A stretch of 24,000 bases of DNA, from the NCBI GenBank assembly GCA_033581555.1, contig JAVQSZ010000008.1:3001-27000 (forward strand), given 5' to 3'. Positions 1 through 7,871 of this stretch are shown piece after piece. The DNA is from Nitrososphaerota archaeon. GTDB taxonomy: Archaea > Thermoproteota > Nitrososphaeria_A > Caldarchaeales > Calditenuaceae. The position numbers were made by a program, and so were the translations under genes. The notes under the pieces are model-generated. The model saw only the letters and a list, made by a program, of their open reading frames with translations. It did not search any database and was not told the origin of the DNA. Positions within the stretch are counted from its first letter, which is position 1; the number at the start of each line of letters is the position of its first letter.

Positions 1-2
1 TC

Positions 3-1049
3 CTCGACGAGCCGACCTCCGTGCTCACGCCACCTGAGATCGAGAGTTTCTTAGAATCCCTGAAGGCCCTCTCGAGGGAGAAGATCACCTTGGTCCCCTT
101 CGTGACCCACAAGCTCCCCGAAGTCTTCTCGATATGCGACAAGGTCACCATCTTAAGGAGGGGCAAGGTGGTCAAGACGCTCGACGTCAAGGAGACCACT
201 GCCAACCAGCTCGCTGAGTACATGGTCGGCAAGGAGGTCTCCCTCTCTATAGAGAGGCAGGACTCCATGTTAGGGCAGGTGGTCCTGAGGGTCGAGAATC
301 TCTCCGCGATGAACGACAAGGGGCTAATGGCCTTCAGCGGCGTCACCTTCTCACTGCGCGAGGGCGAGATTTTCGGCATAGCGGGCGTCAGCGGGAACGG
401 ACAGCACGAGCTGGCGGAGACCATCTTCGGCCTGAGGAGGCCCCTCTCCGGCAGGATCCTCTACAACGGTCGCGACATCACTAAGTCCTCGGTTCTCGAG
501 CGGCTACGGATGGGGATCGCCTACATTCCGCCAGAGCGGCTGGGGGTCGCTGCGATCGGCGAACTGAGCCTCGTCGACAACGTGCTGCTCGCGTACTATT
601 TCGAGGGCGCGGCGTCGAGGAACGGGTTCGTCAACTACAAGCTCGTAAAGGGTCTGACGGAACGGATCATCTCCGAGTACGGCATCGTCGCCCTCGGGCC
701 CGCGGCTAAGGCATCGCACTTGTCGGGCGGAAACCTGCAGAGGCTCATCCTCGGCCGCGTCCTCTCCAGGAACCCGAAGATCGTCATCGCAAATCTCCCG
801 ACGCAGGGGCTCGACGTGGCAGCCGCCCAGTACGTGAGGAGGAAGCTGATGGAGTGCAAGCAGCGCAGAGCCAGCGTGATCCTGATCTCGGAGGACCTCG
901 ACGAGATATTGCAACTCAGTGACAGAGTAGCTCCCATCTACGAGGGGCGTTTCGTTGACGTCCTCGAGAACGCGGCCCTCCGTAAGGAGGAGGTCGGTGC
1001 GATGATAGCTGGCGCCTACGCCGGGAGGGGGACGGGCCTTGCTCGGTGA
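3..1049 (+). CDS. ABC transporter ATP-binding protein, BMP/nucleoside-type importer family (tandem NBD), 5'-truncated at window edge
   Basis: Frame is open from the window edge and reads LDEPTSVLTPPEIESFLESLK (Walker B of NBD1). NBD2 has degenerate Walker A GVSGNGQHEL, signature LSGGNLQRLILGR and IANLPTQGLDVAA, typical of sugar/nucleoside double-NBD ATPases. Followed by two permeases. Confidence 0.9.
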   Translation, partial: LDEPTSVLTPPEIESFLESLKALSREKITLVPFVTHKLPEVFSICDKVTILRRGKVVKTLDVKETTANQLAEYMVGKEVSLSIERQDSMLGQVVLRVENLSAMNDKGLMAFSGVTFSLREGEIFGIAGVSGNGQHELAETIFGLRRPLSGRILYNGRDITKSSVLERLRMGIAYIPPERLGVAAIGELSLVDNVLLAYYFEGAASRNGFVNYKLVKGLTERIISEYGIVALGPAAKASHLSGGNLQRLILGRVLSRNPKIVIANLPTQGLDVAAAQYVRRKLMECKQRRASVILISEDLDEILQLSDRVAPIYEGRFVDVLENAALRKEEVGAMIAGAYAGRGTGLAR

Positions 1050-2121
1050 GGCCCACTTCAGGATCAAGCTGGAGAGGCTCCCAACCGTATCAGGTTGGAG
1101 GGCCGTCAGGGTATCGTTTTACTCGATAGCGTTGTCGTTCCTTCTGTTCAGCAGCGTGTTGATGTATGAAGGTTCCGATCCGCTCGTGGCTTATCAGAAC
1201 ATGTTCTCGTTCGCCTTCGATCCCAAGTTGGGACTTCCGCTGACCATTCATAGGTCCATGCTGATCCTCTTGTGTACCCTCGCGTTCATCGTCCCGTTGA
1301 GGGCGGGGCTCTGGAACGTCGGGATGGAGGGGCAGTTCTATCTCGGGACCATCGGAGCCTTCTTCTTTGCTTACACCTTCTCGACCTATCCCTCGGAGAT
1401 TCTGATACCCCTCATGATCTTGGGGGCGACGGGCGGAGGGGCGCTTTACGGGGCCATCGCGGGGTTCTTACGCGGTCGGTACAACGTCAACGAGGTGGTG
1501 GTGTTACTCATGCTCAACAACATAGCGTTCTGGATCGTGTACATGCTGGTGGTCGGCGGTCCGTGGGCGGGGATCGCTGAGTCGTCGAGCAGGCCGTTGC
1601 CCAAGTCTGCCCAGGCCCCGTTCATCTCCATAACGCCCTTCACGAGTTACCTCATCGTTGCCCTCGCGGTGCTCGTCTTCCTCCTCCTCACCAGGACGAC
1701 CTTCGGCTTCAAGCTCCGGGTCCTAGGACACAGCCCCGTGGCCGCGAAGATCGCCGGCATAGAGGAGTTCAAGATCTCTGTCCTCGTGATGAGCGCAGGG
1801 GGTGCTCTAGCTGGTCTAGCTGGCTACCACATGTGGGCGGGTGATCCGGCGTATTATATGATCCCGCGACCGGAGGCATACAAGGCGATAGGCGACCTGA
1901 CCTACTGGGGCATAATAATCGGGCTGGTCTGTCTGCTCAACCCCATTCCCGCAATACCGGCTTCCCTTTTCATGGGCTCTGTCATAGTCGGCTCGACCGT
2001 GCTGGTGAGGAGGCTACGGCTGCCCTTCGGGCTGGACTTCCTGCTGCTTGGGATCATCTCGATAACCTTCGCCGCCTTCCAGCTGTTCTACAACTATAGG
2101 ATCCGGGTGGTCAGGAGATGA
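1039..2121 (+). CDS. ABC transporter permease (BPD_transp_2 type, YufP/NupP-like)
   Basis: 360 aa, many TM segments; GLWNVGMEGQFYLGTIGAFF and LTRTTFGFKLRVLGHSPVAAKIAGI motifs; TTG start overlaps the ATPase stop. Confidence 0.88.
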   Translation: MLGEAHFRIKLERLPTVSGWRAVRVSFYSIALSFLLFSSVLMYEGSDPLVAYQNMFSFAFDPKLGLPLTIHRSMLILLCTLAFIVPLRAGLWNVGMEGQFYLGTIGAFFFAYTFSTYPSEILIPLMILGATGGGALYGAIAGFLRGRYNVNEVVVLLMLNNIAFWIVYMLVVGGPWAGIAESSSRPLPKSAQAPFISITPFTSYLIVALAVLVFLLLTRTTFGFKLRVLGHSPVAAKIAGIEEFKISVLVMSAGGALAGLAGYHMWAGDPAYYMIPRPEAYKAIGDLTYWGIIIGLVCLLNPIPAIPASLFMGSVIVGSTVLVRRLRLPFGLDFLLLGIISITFAAFQLFYNYRIRVVRR

Positions 2122-3011
2122 TCGAGTTACCTCCTTCGCTCTGGCCCTTCACCACCAGGTTCTTAGAGGTCTCCTCGATCCTGCTCCTCGCGGCCGCCGG
2201 CGAGCTCCTCGCTCAGCGATCGGGCGTGATGAACGTAGGCATCGAGGGCCTCATGCTGTTCGGCGCCGCGACGTCGTTCATGACCGCCCAGCTCTTCGGT
2301 CCGCTCGCAGGGTTCATCGCGGGCTCGCTCGTGGGCGCCCTCCTAGGGCTCTTTCACGCCGTGATGTCGGTCTCGCTGAGGGTCAACCAGATCATCAGCG
2401 GAATGGGGGTCTGGCTGTTCGCGATGGGGTTCGTGACTTACTGGGCTGACAGGTATACCGGTCCTCTCCGGGCGTCGGTCCCGCGCATAGCCGGATTGAC
2501 CCCTGCCCTATTCATCGCGATCGCCGTGATTTTCACGATCTGGTTCGTGTTGAACAAGACGCACTTCGGCCTGAAAATACGGTCCGTGGGGGAGAACCCG
2601 GCAGCCGCCGAGGTCTCCGGTGTGAACGTCAGTAGGGTGAGGTATTTCTGCACGGTAGTCGGCGGCATGCTGGGCGGCCTTGCAGGATCGGTCCTGCTCC
2701 TCTCTTACCTCGGAGCCTGGAGTCATCTACCTACGAAAGGGCTCGGGTGGTTGGCGTTCGGGCTGGTCATGTTCTCGCTCTGGAGGCCTGGAATCCTGCT
2801 GGCTGGGGCGCTCGCCTTCGGCTTTGTCTGGCAGTTCGCGATCTCGCCAGAGTCCGTCTTCCCCGGATTCCCTGCTCCCCTGCCGGTCAACAGGATGCTC
2901 CCGTTCCTAATGACAGTCGTTATACTCACGATAATCTCGACTGAGCGTTTCAGGAGGAAATGGGCTCTGCTGAAACCAGAGGCGCTCGGACAGCCTTACA
3001 TAAAAGAGTGA
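2118..3011 (+). CDS. ABC transporter permease (BPD_transp_2 type, YufQ/NupQ-like)
   Basis: 297 aa; AQRSGVMNVGIEGLMLFGAATSF and NKTHFGLKIRSVGENPAAAEVSGV motifs; 4-nt overlap with the upstream permease. Confidence 0.88.
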   Translation: MIELPPSLWPFTTRFLEVSSILLLAAAGELLAQRSGVMNVGIEGLMLFGAATSFMTAQLFGPLAGFIAGSLVGALLGLFHAVMSVSLRVNQIISGMGVWLFAMGFVTYWADRYTGPLRASVPRIAGLTPALFIAIAVIFTIWFVLNKTHFGLKIRSVGENPAAAEVSGVNVSRVRYFCTVVGGMLGGLAGSVLLLSYLGAWSHLPTKGLGWLAFGLVMFSLWRPGILLAGALAFGFVWQFAISPESVFPGFPAPLPVNRMLPFLMTVVILTIISTERFRRKWALLKPEALGQPYIKE

Positions 3012-3037
3012 CGAGTTCGAACGTATAAGACCGCGCT

Positions 3038-4384
3038 TTACTTCAGCAACACTATTCCGTCGAGCATGAAGTTGAACCTGCCTAGGAGCCACTCGTCGGT
3101 CGGCATCTCCTTCGCGGGCTTCACCACGGTCCCCTTCGGAGGCACCTTCAGGTTGAGCTCCGGTATCTCGATGCCCTCGCCGCTGCTGACCAGCTCGTGC
3201 TCGTAGAACGGGTCCCAGGCTCCGCTCATCATCTGAGCCCTCCTGAGCTCGATGAGCTTCAGGACCCTCTCGGGGATGAGAGGTCTGGCCCGCGGGCTGA
3301 TCGCCTCGAGTCCCACCTTCATGTTGTTCTGCAGGTCGATCGCCAGCAACCTGGTCTGGCCCGGCATGATAGGGTTGTTCTCCGGGAGCGAGATGTGCGT
3401 GTTCATGCCGAGGAAGTAGATCCTGTCGGGGTTGGTAGTGCCCGCGAGGTACTCCTTCAGGATCCGGTCGAAGAGGACCTCCCACCTGGTGTCGAAGGAC
3501 ACGGCCACGGTGTCGGTGGTGGACCACTTGTAAAGCCCCACTATGTCCATGTCCTTCCCTACGAACCAGATCTTTTTCTCCTCCGCGACCCTGAGGGGCT
3601 CGACCGAGTCCGTGTAGTGGGTCAGGACGTCTACTCCGGCGTCCACCAGCGAGAGCGATACCTCCTTCTCCTTGGGCGGATCGAACCACTCGCCGACGTA
3701 CTTGATGTACAGCGTCGCGTTGGGGTTCGCGTCCTTTATCCCCAGGTAGAACGCGGCCATCCTCCTGAAGTTCTGCACGGCCGCCGGCCCCACCGCTATC
3801 CCGATCCTGTTCCTGCGCGTTATGGCGCCCGCGATCAGGCCCTCGAGGTACATCGCCTGGTACTGTCTGATGAAAACCCTCATGAAGTTCCTTCTCGAGG
3901 AGACGTCGCTCCCGACGATGCCGAGGAAGTAGACGTTGGGGTTTTCGTCGGCTATCCTGTGGAACGCGGGGACTGCTGCGGGTTCCCAGCTCCCGAAGAT
4001 CACGTTGGCCTTGCTGACGGTGATCAGGTCCCTAGCCGCCGATATCGGGTCCTTGCCCTTCAGGATAACGCCCTCGTCGTATACGTAGTCGAACCAGGGG
4101 TAGAGCTTCTTCAACCTCTCCGCGGCCATCACCTGGCGCCCGTCCCACGTCGAGCCCTCGACGTATCCCCCCAGGACCATCCCAAGGACGACCTTCCTGC
4201 CCGCCGGGGCCTCGCGGGCCACTGTCGTCGTGAAGGTCCTCGTCTCGGTCACCGTCCTTGCAGGAGCCGCAGAGCCTCCAGCGAAGTACCCCGCGACAGC
4301 TCCCACAACTCCCGCTCCAACAGCGGTCGCCGCGACCTTTCCAGCCGTAGTTATGGCCTCCCTTCTGGTTACCTTTCTATTCAC
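3038..4384 (-). CDS. BMP-family ABC transporter substrate-binding protein with twin-arginine signal
   Basis: N-terminus MNRKVTRREAITTAGKVAATAVGAGVVGAVAGYFAGGS (Tat-like signal); BMP-type body (LGMVLGGYVEGSTWDGRQVM, FGSWEPAAVPAFHRIADENPNVYFLGIVGSD). GTG start, preceded at leaderless spacing by TATA-like TTAAATAAAA. Confidence 0.85.
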   Translation of the reverse strand: MNRKVTRREAITTAGKVAATAVGAGVVGAVAGYFAGGSAAPARTVTETRTFTTTVAREAPAGRKVVLGMVLGGYVEGSTWDGRQVMAAERLKKLYPWFDYVYDEGVILKGKDPISAARDLITVSKANVIFGSWEPAAVPAFHRIADENPNVYFLGIVGSDVSSRRNFMRVFIRQYQAMYLEGLIAGAITRRNRIGIAVGPAAVQNFRRMAAFYLGIKDANPNATLYIKYVGEWFDPPKEKEVSLSLVDAGVDVLTHYTDSVEPLRVAEEKKIWFVGKDMDIVGLYKWSTTDTVAVSFDTRWEVLFDRILKEYLAGTTNPDRIYFLGMNTHISLPENNPIMPGQTRLLAIDLQNNMKVGLEAISPRARPLIPERVLKLIELRRAQMMSGAWDPFYEHELVSSGEGIEIPELNLKVPPKGTVVKPAKEMPTDEWLLGRFNFMLDGIVLLK

Positions 4385-4403
4385 GTGGGCTGCTTTGCGA
4401 CGG

Positions 4404-4413
4404 TTTTATTTAA
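4404..4413 (-). promoter_or_regulatory. Candidate archaeal TATA box for the BMP-family gene (leaderless)
   Basis: Minus strand AAAAAGG-TTAAATAAAA, centred about 25 nt upstream of the GTG start, with a purine-rich BRE-like stretch upstream. Confidence 0.5.
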
Positions 4414-4427
4414 CCTTTTTACACTAA

Positions 4428-6752
4428 CTAATATCTTCGTCGATTAATAAATTCATAGAGCTTGTGGGGTTGCAGCGGGCTCTCGAGGGGGACGACGGCG
4501 TTGTCGAAGGCGTCCTGCACGGCTGAAGCGATGACCGCAGCTACCGGAATCGCCCCGGCCTCTCCAACGCCCTTCACGCCCAGCGGGTTGAGGGGGGACG
4601 GCGTCTCGATGTGTTTTATGGTTACCTCGGTCGGAGTCTCCAAAGCGGACGGAACGAGGTAATCGGCGAAGCTCGCGGTCAGAGGCTGACCGTTCTCGTC
4701 GTGCACGATCTCCTCGAGCAAGGAGAACCCCAGCCCGTTCGATAGACCTCCGAGGATCTGGCCTTCTACTATCACCGGATTTATGACTTTTCCACAGTCG
4801 TGGACGACTACCATCCTCAATATCTTAACGGCGCCCGTCTCTGGGTCTACCTCCACCTCCGCTGCGGCCCCTCCAGAGGAGAACACCGAGTGGACCGGGC
4901 TGAAGTACTTGGTGGCCTCGAGCCCCGGCTCCCGCTTTATCAGGCCTCTCAGGGGGCGAGAGCGCTCAGCGAGCTCACCAAGGCTAACGGACTTGTCAGG
5001 CACCCCCTTGACGTACACTCGTCCGCCCTCGAACTCCAAATCGTCGGGGCTGGTCTCGAAGATCTGCGCAGCCAGCTCTGCAGCCTTCCTCCTGACCTCC
5101 AGCGCCGCCAGGTAGACCGCGTTCCCGGCCACGGTGGCCGACCTGCTGGCGAACGTCCCAATCCCCCATGACATTTGGGCCGTGTCCCCGACGCTCACGT
5201 CCACGTCGTGCACGTCCACTCCCAGGACCTCTGAGACGATCTGAGCAAAGGTCGTGAACTGACCTTGACCCTGGGTCCCGACGCCAGTCGTGACGCTCAC
5301 CTTGCCCGACGGCGTCACCGTCACCCTTGCCATCTCGTAAGGACCTACCCCACTCCCCTCGACGTAAAGGGCTAGTCCGAGACCGACGAACCTGCCCTCC
5401 CTCCTGTACCTCTCCTTCCGCTCTGGCCATCTCCCGTAGTCTATCGTGTCGAGGAGCGTCTCGAGGAGGAGCGGGTAGTCGCCGCTGTCATACTTAACCG
5501 GCCCGCCGTCCTGATAGATTATGCCCGTGTCGTACGGGAACTCGTCGGGTTGAATGAGGTTCCGCCTCCTTACTTCAGCCCTGTCGAGTCCAAGCCTGTG
5601 TGCAGCTATGTCCATTATCCTCTCCATCACGTAAACGGCCTCCGGCCTTCCGGCACCTCTGACCGGACTTACGACGGTCTTGTTCGTGTAGACCGACGCG
5701 AACTCTACGTCGAACGCCGGAATTTTGTAAGGCCCTGGCATAGTCCCAGTCGTGATGATGGGCACCATTATCCCGTAAGGCGTGTACGCTCCCGTATCGA
5801 CTAGGAAACTGTCGCTCAGTCCCAGTATCTTCCCGTCCCTGCTAAAGGCCGCCTTCACGTAGTGAACCTGTATCCTCTGCTGGTTGGCCGCCATCATGTT
5901 CTCCCTTCTATCCTCTATCCACTTGACGGGACGGCCCAGCCTGATCGCTGCGAAGGGAACGAGGATCTCCTCGGGATAGAACAGCATTATCTTCGGACCG
6001 AACCCGCCGCCCACGTCTGGGGCTATCACCCTCACCCGATTCTCGGGGATTCCGAACAGCTTTGCAAGCCCGTTCCGGATCGGTATGGGAGCCTGAGTGG
6101 AGTCCCAGACCGTCAACGTGTCCGACCTCTCATCGTGGTAAGCCACCACGCCCCTGGTCTCTATGGACGCCCCCGCGCCCCTGTTGAAGACGATCCGCTG
6201 CTCTATCACGAGGTCTGCGCGCCTGAAGGCCTCGGAGACGTCTCCGACCCTCACCCTGTGACGGGCCGCTATGTTGTTGGGAACGTCGTCGTGAACCAGC
6301 GGAGACCCGGGCTGAATCGCCCTCTCAACGTCGACGACGGGTTCCAGCGGATCGTACTCCACGGATATCAGCTCCAGCGCGTCCCTCGCGATGTACCTGT
6401 CCTCGGCGACGACCATCGCGACCGGTTCCCCCACGTAACGCACCTTGTGCTTCGCCAGCGCGTAATGAGTCCTCATGTAAGGGATAGGATATTGGGGCAA
6501 TGGAGTGATCGAGGGGGGAAGAGGCCCGTTCAGGGCCCCCAAGTCCTCGGCCGTATAGACGGCCACCACCCCGTTCAGCCTCTCGGCCCCCGACTTGTCG
6601 ATCGATATTATCCTCGCGTGAGCGTGGGGACTCCTCAGGATCGCGGCGTAAAGCATCCGAGGGAGGACCACGTCATCAACGAACAGGCCCTTCCCCATTA
6701 GGAGCCTCCTGTCCTCCAATCTGGGCACGGAGGCTCCTATTACATTCCTCAT
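4428..6752 (-). CDS. Xanthine dehydrogenase / CO dehydrogenase-family molybdopterin-binding large subunit
   Basis: 774 aa; N-terminal IGASVPRLEDRRLLMGKGLFVDDV, GGGFGPKIMLFYPEEI, VVSPVRGAGRPEAVYVMERIMD, GTQGQGQFTTFAQIVSEVLG and C-terminal GVKGVGEAGAIP with the conserved catalytic Glu context. Confidence 0.9.
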   Translation of the reverse strand: MRNVIGASVPRLEDRRLLMGKGLFVDDVVLPRMLYAAILRSPHAHARIISIDKSGAERLNGVVAVYTAEDLGALNGPLPPSITPLPQYPIPYMRTHYALAKHKVRYVGEPVAMVVAEDRYIARDALELISVEYDPLEPVVDVERAIQPGSPLVHDDVPNNIAARHRVRVGDVSEAFRRADLVIEQRIVFNRGAGASIETRGVVAYHDERSDTLTVWDSTQAPIPIRNGLAKLFGIPENRVRVIAPDVGGGFGPKIMLFYPEEILVPFAAIRLGRPVKWIEDRRENMMAANQQRIQVHYVKAAFSRDGKILGLSDSFLVDTGAYTPYGIMVPIITTGTMPGPYKIPAFDVEFASVYTNKTVVSPVRGAGRPEAVYVMERIMDIAAHRLGLDRAEVRRRNLIQPDEFPYDTGIIYQDGGPVKYDSGDYPLLLETLLDTIDYGRWPERKERYRREGRFVGLGLALYVEGSGVGPYEMARVTVTPSGKVSVTTGVGTQGQGQFTTFAQIVSEVLGVDVHDVDVSVGDTAQMSWGIGTFASRSATVAGNAVYLAALEVRRKAAELAAQIFETSPDDLEFEGGRVYVKGVPDKSVSLGELAERSRPLRGLIKREPGLEATKYFSPVHSVFSSGGAAAEVEVDPETGAVKILRMVVVHDCGKVINPVIVEGQILGGLSNGLGFSLLEEIVHDENGQPLTASFADYLVPSALETPTEVTIKHIETPSPLNPLGVKGVGEAGAIPVAAVIASAVQDAFDNAVVPLESPLQPHKLYEFINRRRY

Positions 6753-6770
6753 ACGACGCCAGCTGCTGAT

Positions 6771-6784
6771 CCTTTTATTTATGT
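6771..6784. promoter_or_regulatory. Candidate TATA element(s) between divergent Mo-hydroxylase and DUF2877 genes
   Basis: ccttttatttatgt; minus-strand reading AAATAAAAGG sits about 25 nt upstream of the 6752 ATG (leaderless spacing). Plus-strand tttatttat is about 26 nt upstream of the 6805 TTG. Confidence 0.4.
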
Positions 6785-6804
6785 TTATTTTCTGATATAA
6801 TAGC

Positions 6805-7803
6805 TTGCGATCGCACTTCGCCTCCGAAGCGGCCTCATACCTCTCTCCGCGAGAACCGCGCGCTCCACGGACTCCTTCTCAGGTGGGCCCCCGAGCTATG
6901 GAACCGAGCTCGGGCGAACCTTTTTCCAGCGAGGGAGTGCGTTACGAGGCGATGACGTTCCGCGCGCTGACTCACGAGGAGGGATACAGGCTCCTGTCGG
7001 AGGGCGGTGGAACGGTTGAGGCTTTGGGAGACAGGGCATCGTATGTGATGACGCCTGTTGAAGAGGTCGTAATACTGACGGACCGGCCGCTGACGTGCTA
7101 TTCGGTCTCCTTCTTCGACGGCTGGAGGGACTTGAGGGGGATCATCGAGGAGGGTGATCGCGTCTCGGTCGAGCGATCGGCGCTGACGGTCGAAGGAAAG
7201 CTCCGGTTGCCGCTGAGGGTGCTGGGAGCTTGTCAGAGGGTATCGGGCTGCTCCGGACTGAGTCCTGAGTCCCTGAGCGCAGCGTATCGTATCTTCCGAG
7301 TGCTCGCCTCCGTCGATGAGCCAGACCCCGTCATCGAGCGGGGTGTGGAGATCCTCTCAAGCAGCACGAGCCTGATCGCGCTCCGCGAGTCTCTGAAGGA
7401 GGTTGTGGGCATGGGTAGAGGGTATACGCCGGTTGGCGACGACTTCGTCTCAGGAGTTATCATCGCCCTCAGGCTTCTTAACCGTGAACTCGACTTCTAT
7501 CCGCTGGTCGAGTACGCAAAATCTCACTCAAGGTGGCCCAGCTGGCGGATGATGGAGCACTCTCTGCACGGGTGCACGTTCTTTCCAGTAGCGCGCTTGT
7601 GTGCCTCCTTCACAAGCGGGTCGGACCCTATGCCTCACCTAACGAGAGGGTTGAGAGTTGGCAGCTCAACAGGAGTCGCCATACTGACAGGACTTCTAGA
7701 GACCCTTCACCTGTATTATAAGAGTTTATCAAGTATGTGTTTGAGTTCGTCTTCTATCTCTACAGGAGGCGTCCACTCGACGTCGACCACTTCGACTCCC
7801 TGA
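6805..7803 (+). CDS. allH: DUF2877 family protein (AllH-like oxamate carbamoyltransferase component); N-terminus uncertain (alternative ATG at 6898)
   Basis: Signature VVGMGRGYTPVGDDFVSGVIIALRLLN matches the DUF2877 G-x-G-x-TPxGDDFxxG motif; later RVGSSTGVAILTGLLETL. Confidence 0.72.
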   Translation: MRSHFASEAASYLSPREPRAPRTPSQVGPRAMEPSSGEPFSSEGVRYEAMTFRALTHEEGYRLLSEGGGTVEALGDRASYVMTPVEEVVILTDRPLTCYSVSFFDGWRDLRGIIEEGDRVSVERSALTVEGKLRLPLRVLGACQRVSGCSGLSPESLSAAYRIFRVLASVDEPDPVIERGVEILSSSTSLIALRESLKEVVGMGRGYTPVGDDFVSGVIIALRLLNRELDFYPLVEYAKSHSRWPSWRMMEHSLHGCTFFPVARLCASFTSGSDPMPHLTRGLRVGSSTGVAILTGLLETLHLYYKSLSSMCLSSSSISTGGVHSTSTTSTP

Positions 7804-7871
7804 TCCCTGAGGCTATCGGAGAAAATCGATATACCGAGGCATAATACTTTTTTGACCTCATTCAGAGTCAT
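7716..7871 (-). CDS. Small 51-aa protein, stand-alone version of a domain usually fused in FdrA/DUF1116-type proteins
   Basis: Absent from the ORF track. Read codon by codon on the minus strand: MTLNEVKKVLCLGISIFSDSLRDQGVEVVDVEWTPPVEIEDELKHILDKLL-stop. ATG overlaps the fdrA TGA (ATGA). Pattern 'xINVGxxxFxxxLxxQGxxVvxVdWxPP' is recognised from memory. Confidence 0.72.
   Translation of the reverse strand: MTLNEVKKVLCLGISIFSDSLRDQGVEVVDVEWTPPVEIEDELKHILDKLL

Noticed and set aside
418-930. Degenerate Walker A (GNGQHEL) and Walker B (IANLPTQGLD) in the second nucleotide-binding domain
   Set aside because: Asymmetric, degenerate NBD2 is usual in this importer family, so not treated as a defect or novelty.
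2907-3689. 260-aa minus-strand ORF within the permease/BMP region
   Set aside because: Wrong-frame translation of the BMP-family gene; no family motifs.
3197-4447. 416-aa plus-strand ORF antisense to the BMP-family gene
   Set aside because: Shadow ORF; the minus-strand product has clear family motifs and a signal sequence while the plus-strand product is compositionally biased.
5660-5740. Possibility that the Mo-binding subunit is an aerobic CO dehydrogenase CoxL
   Set aside because: The loop reads SPVRGAGRPE and lacks the AYRCSFR signature of form I; neighbours also favour heterocycle metabolism.
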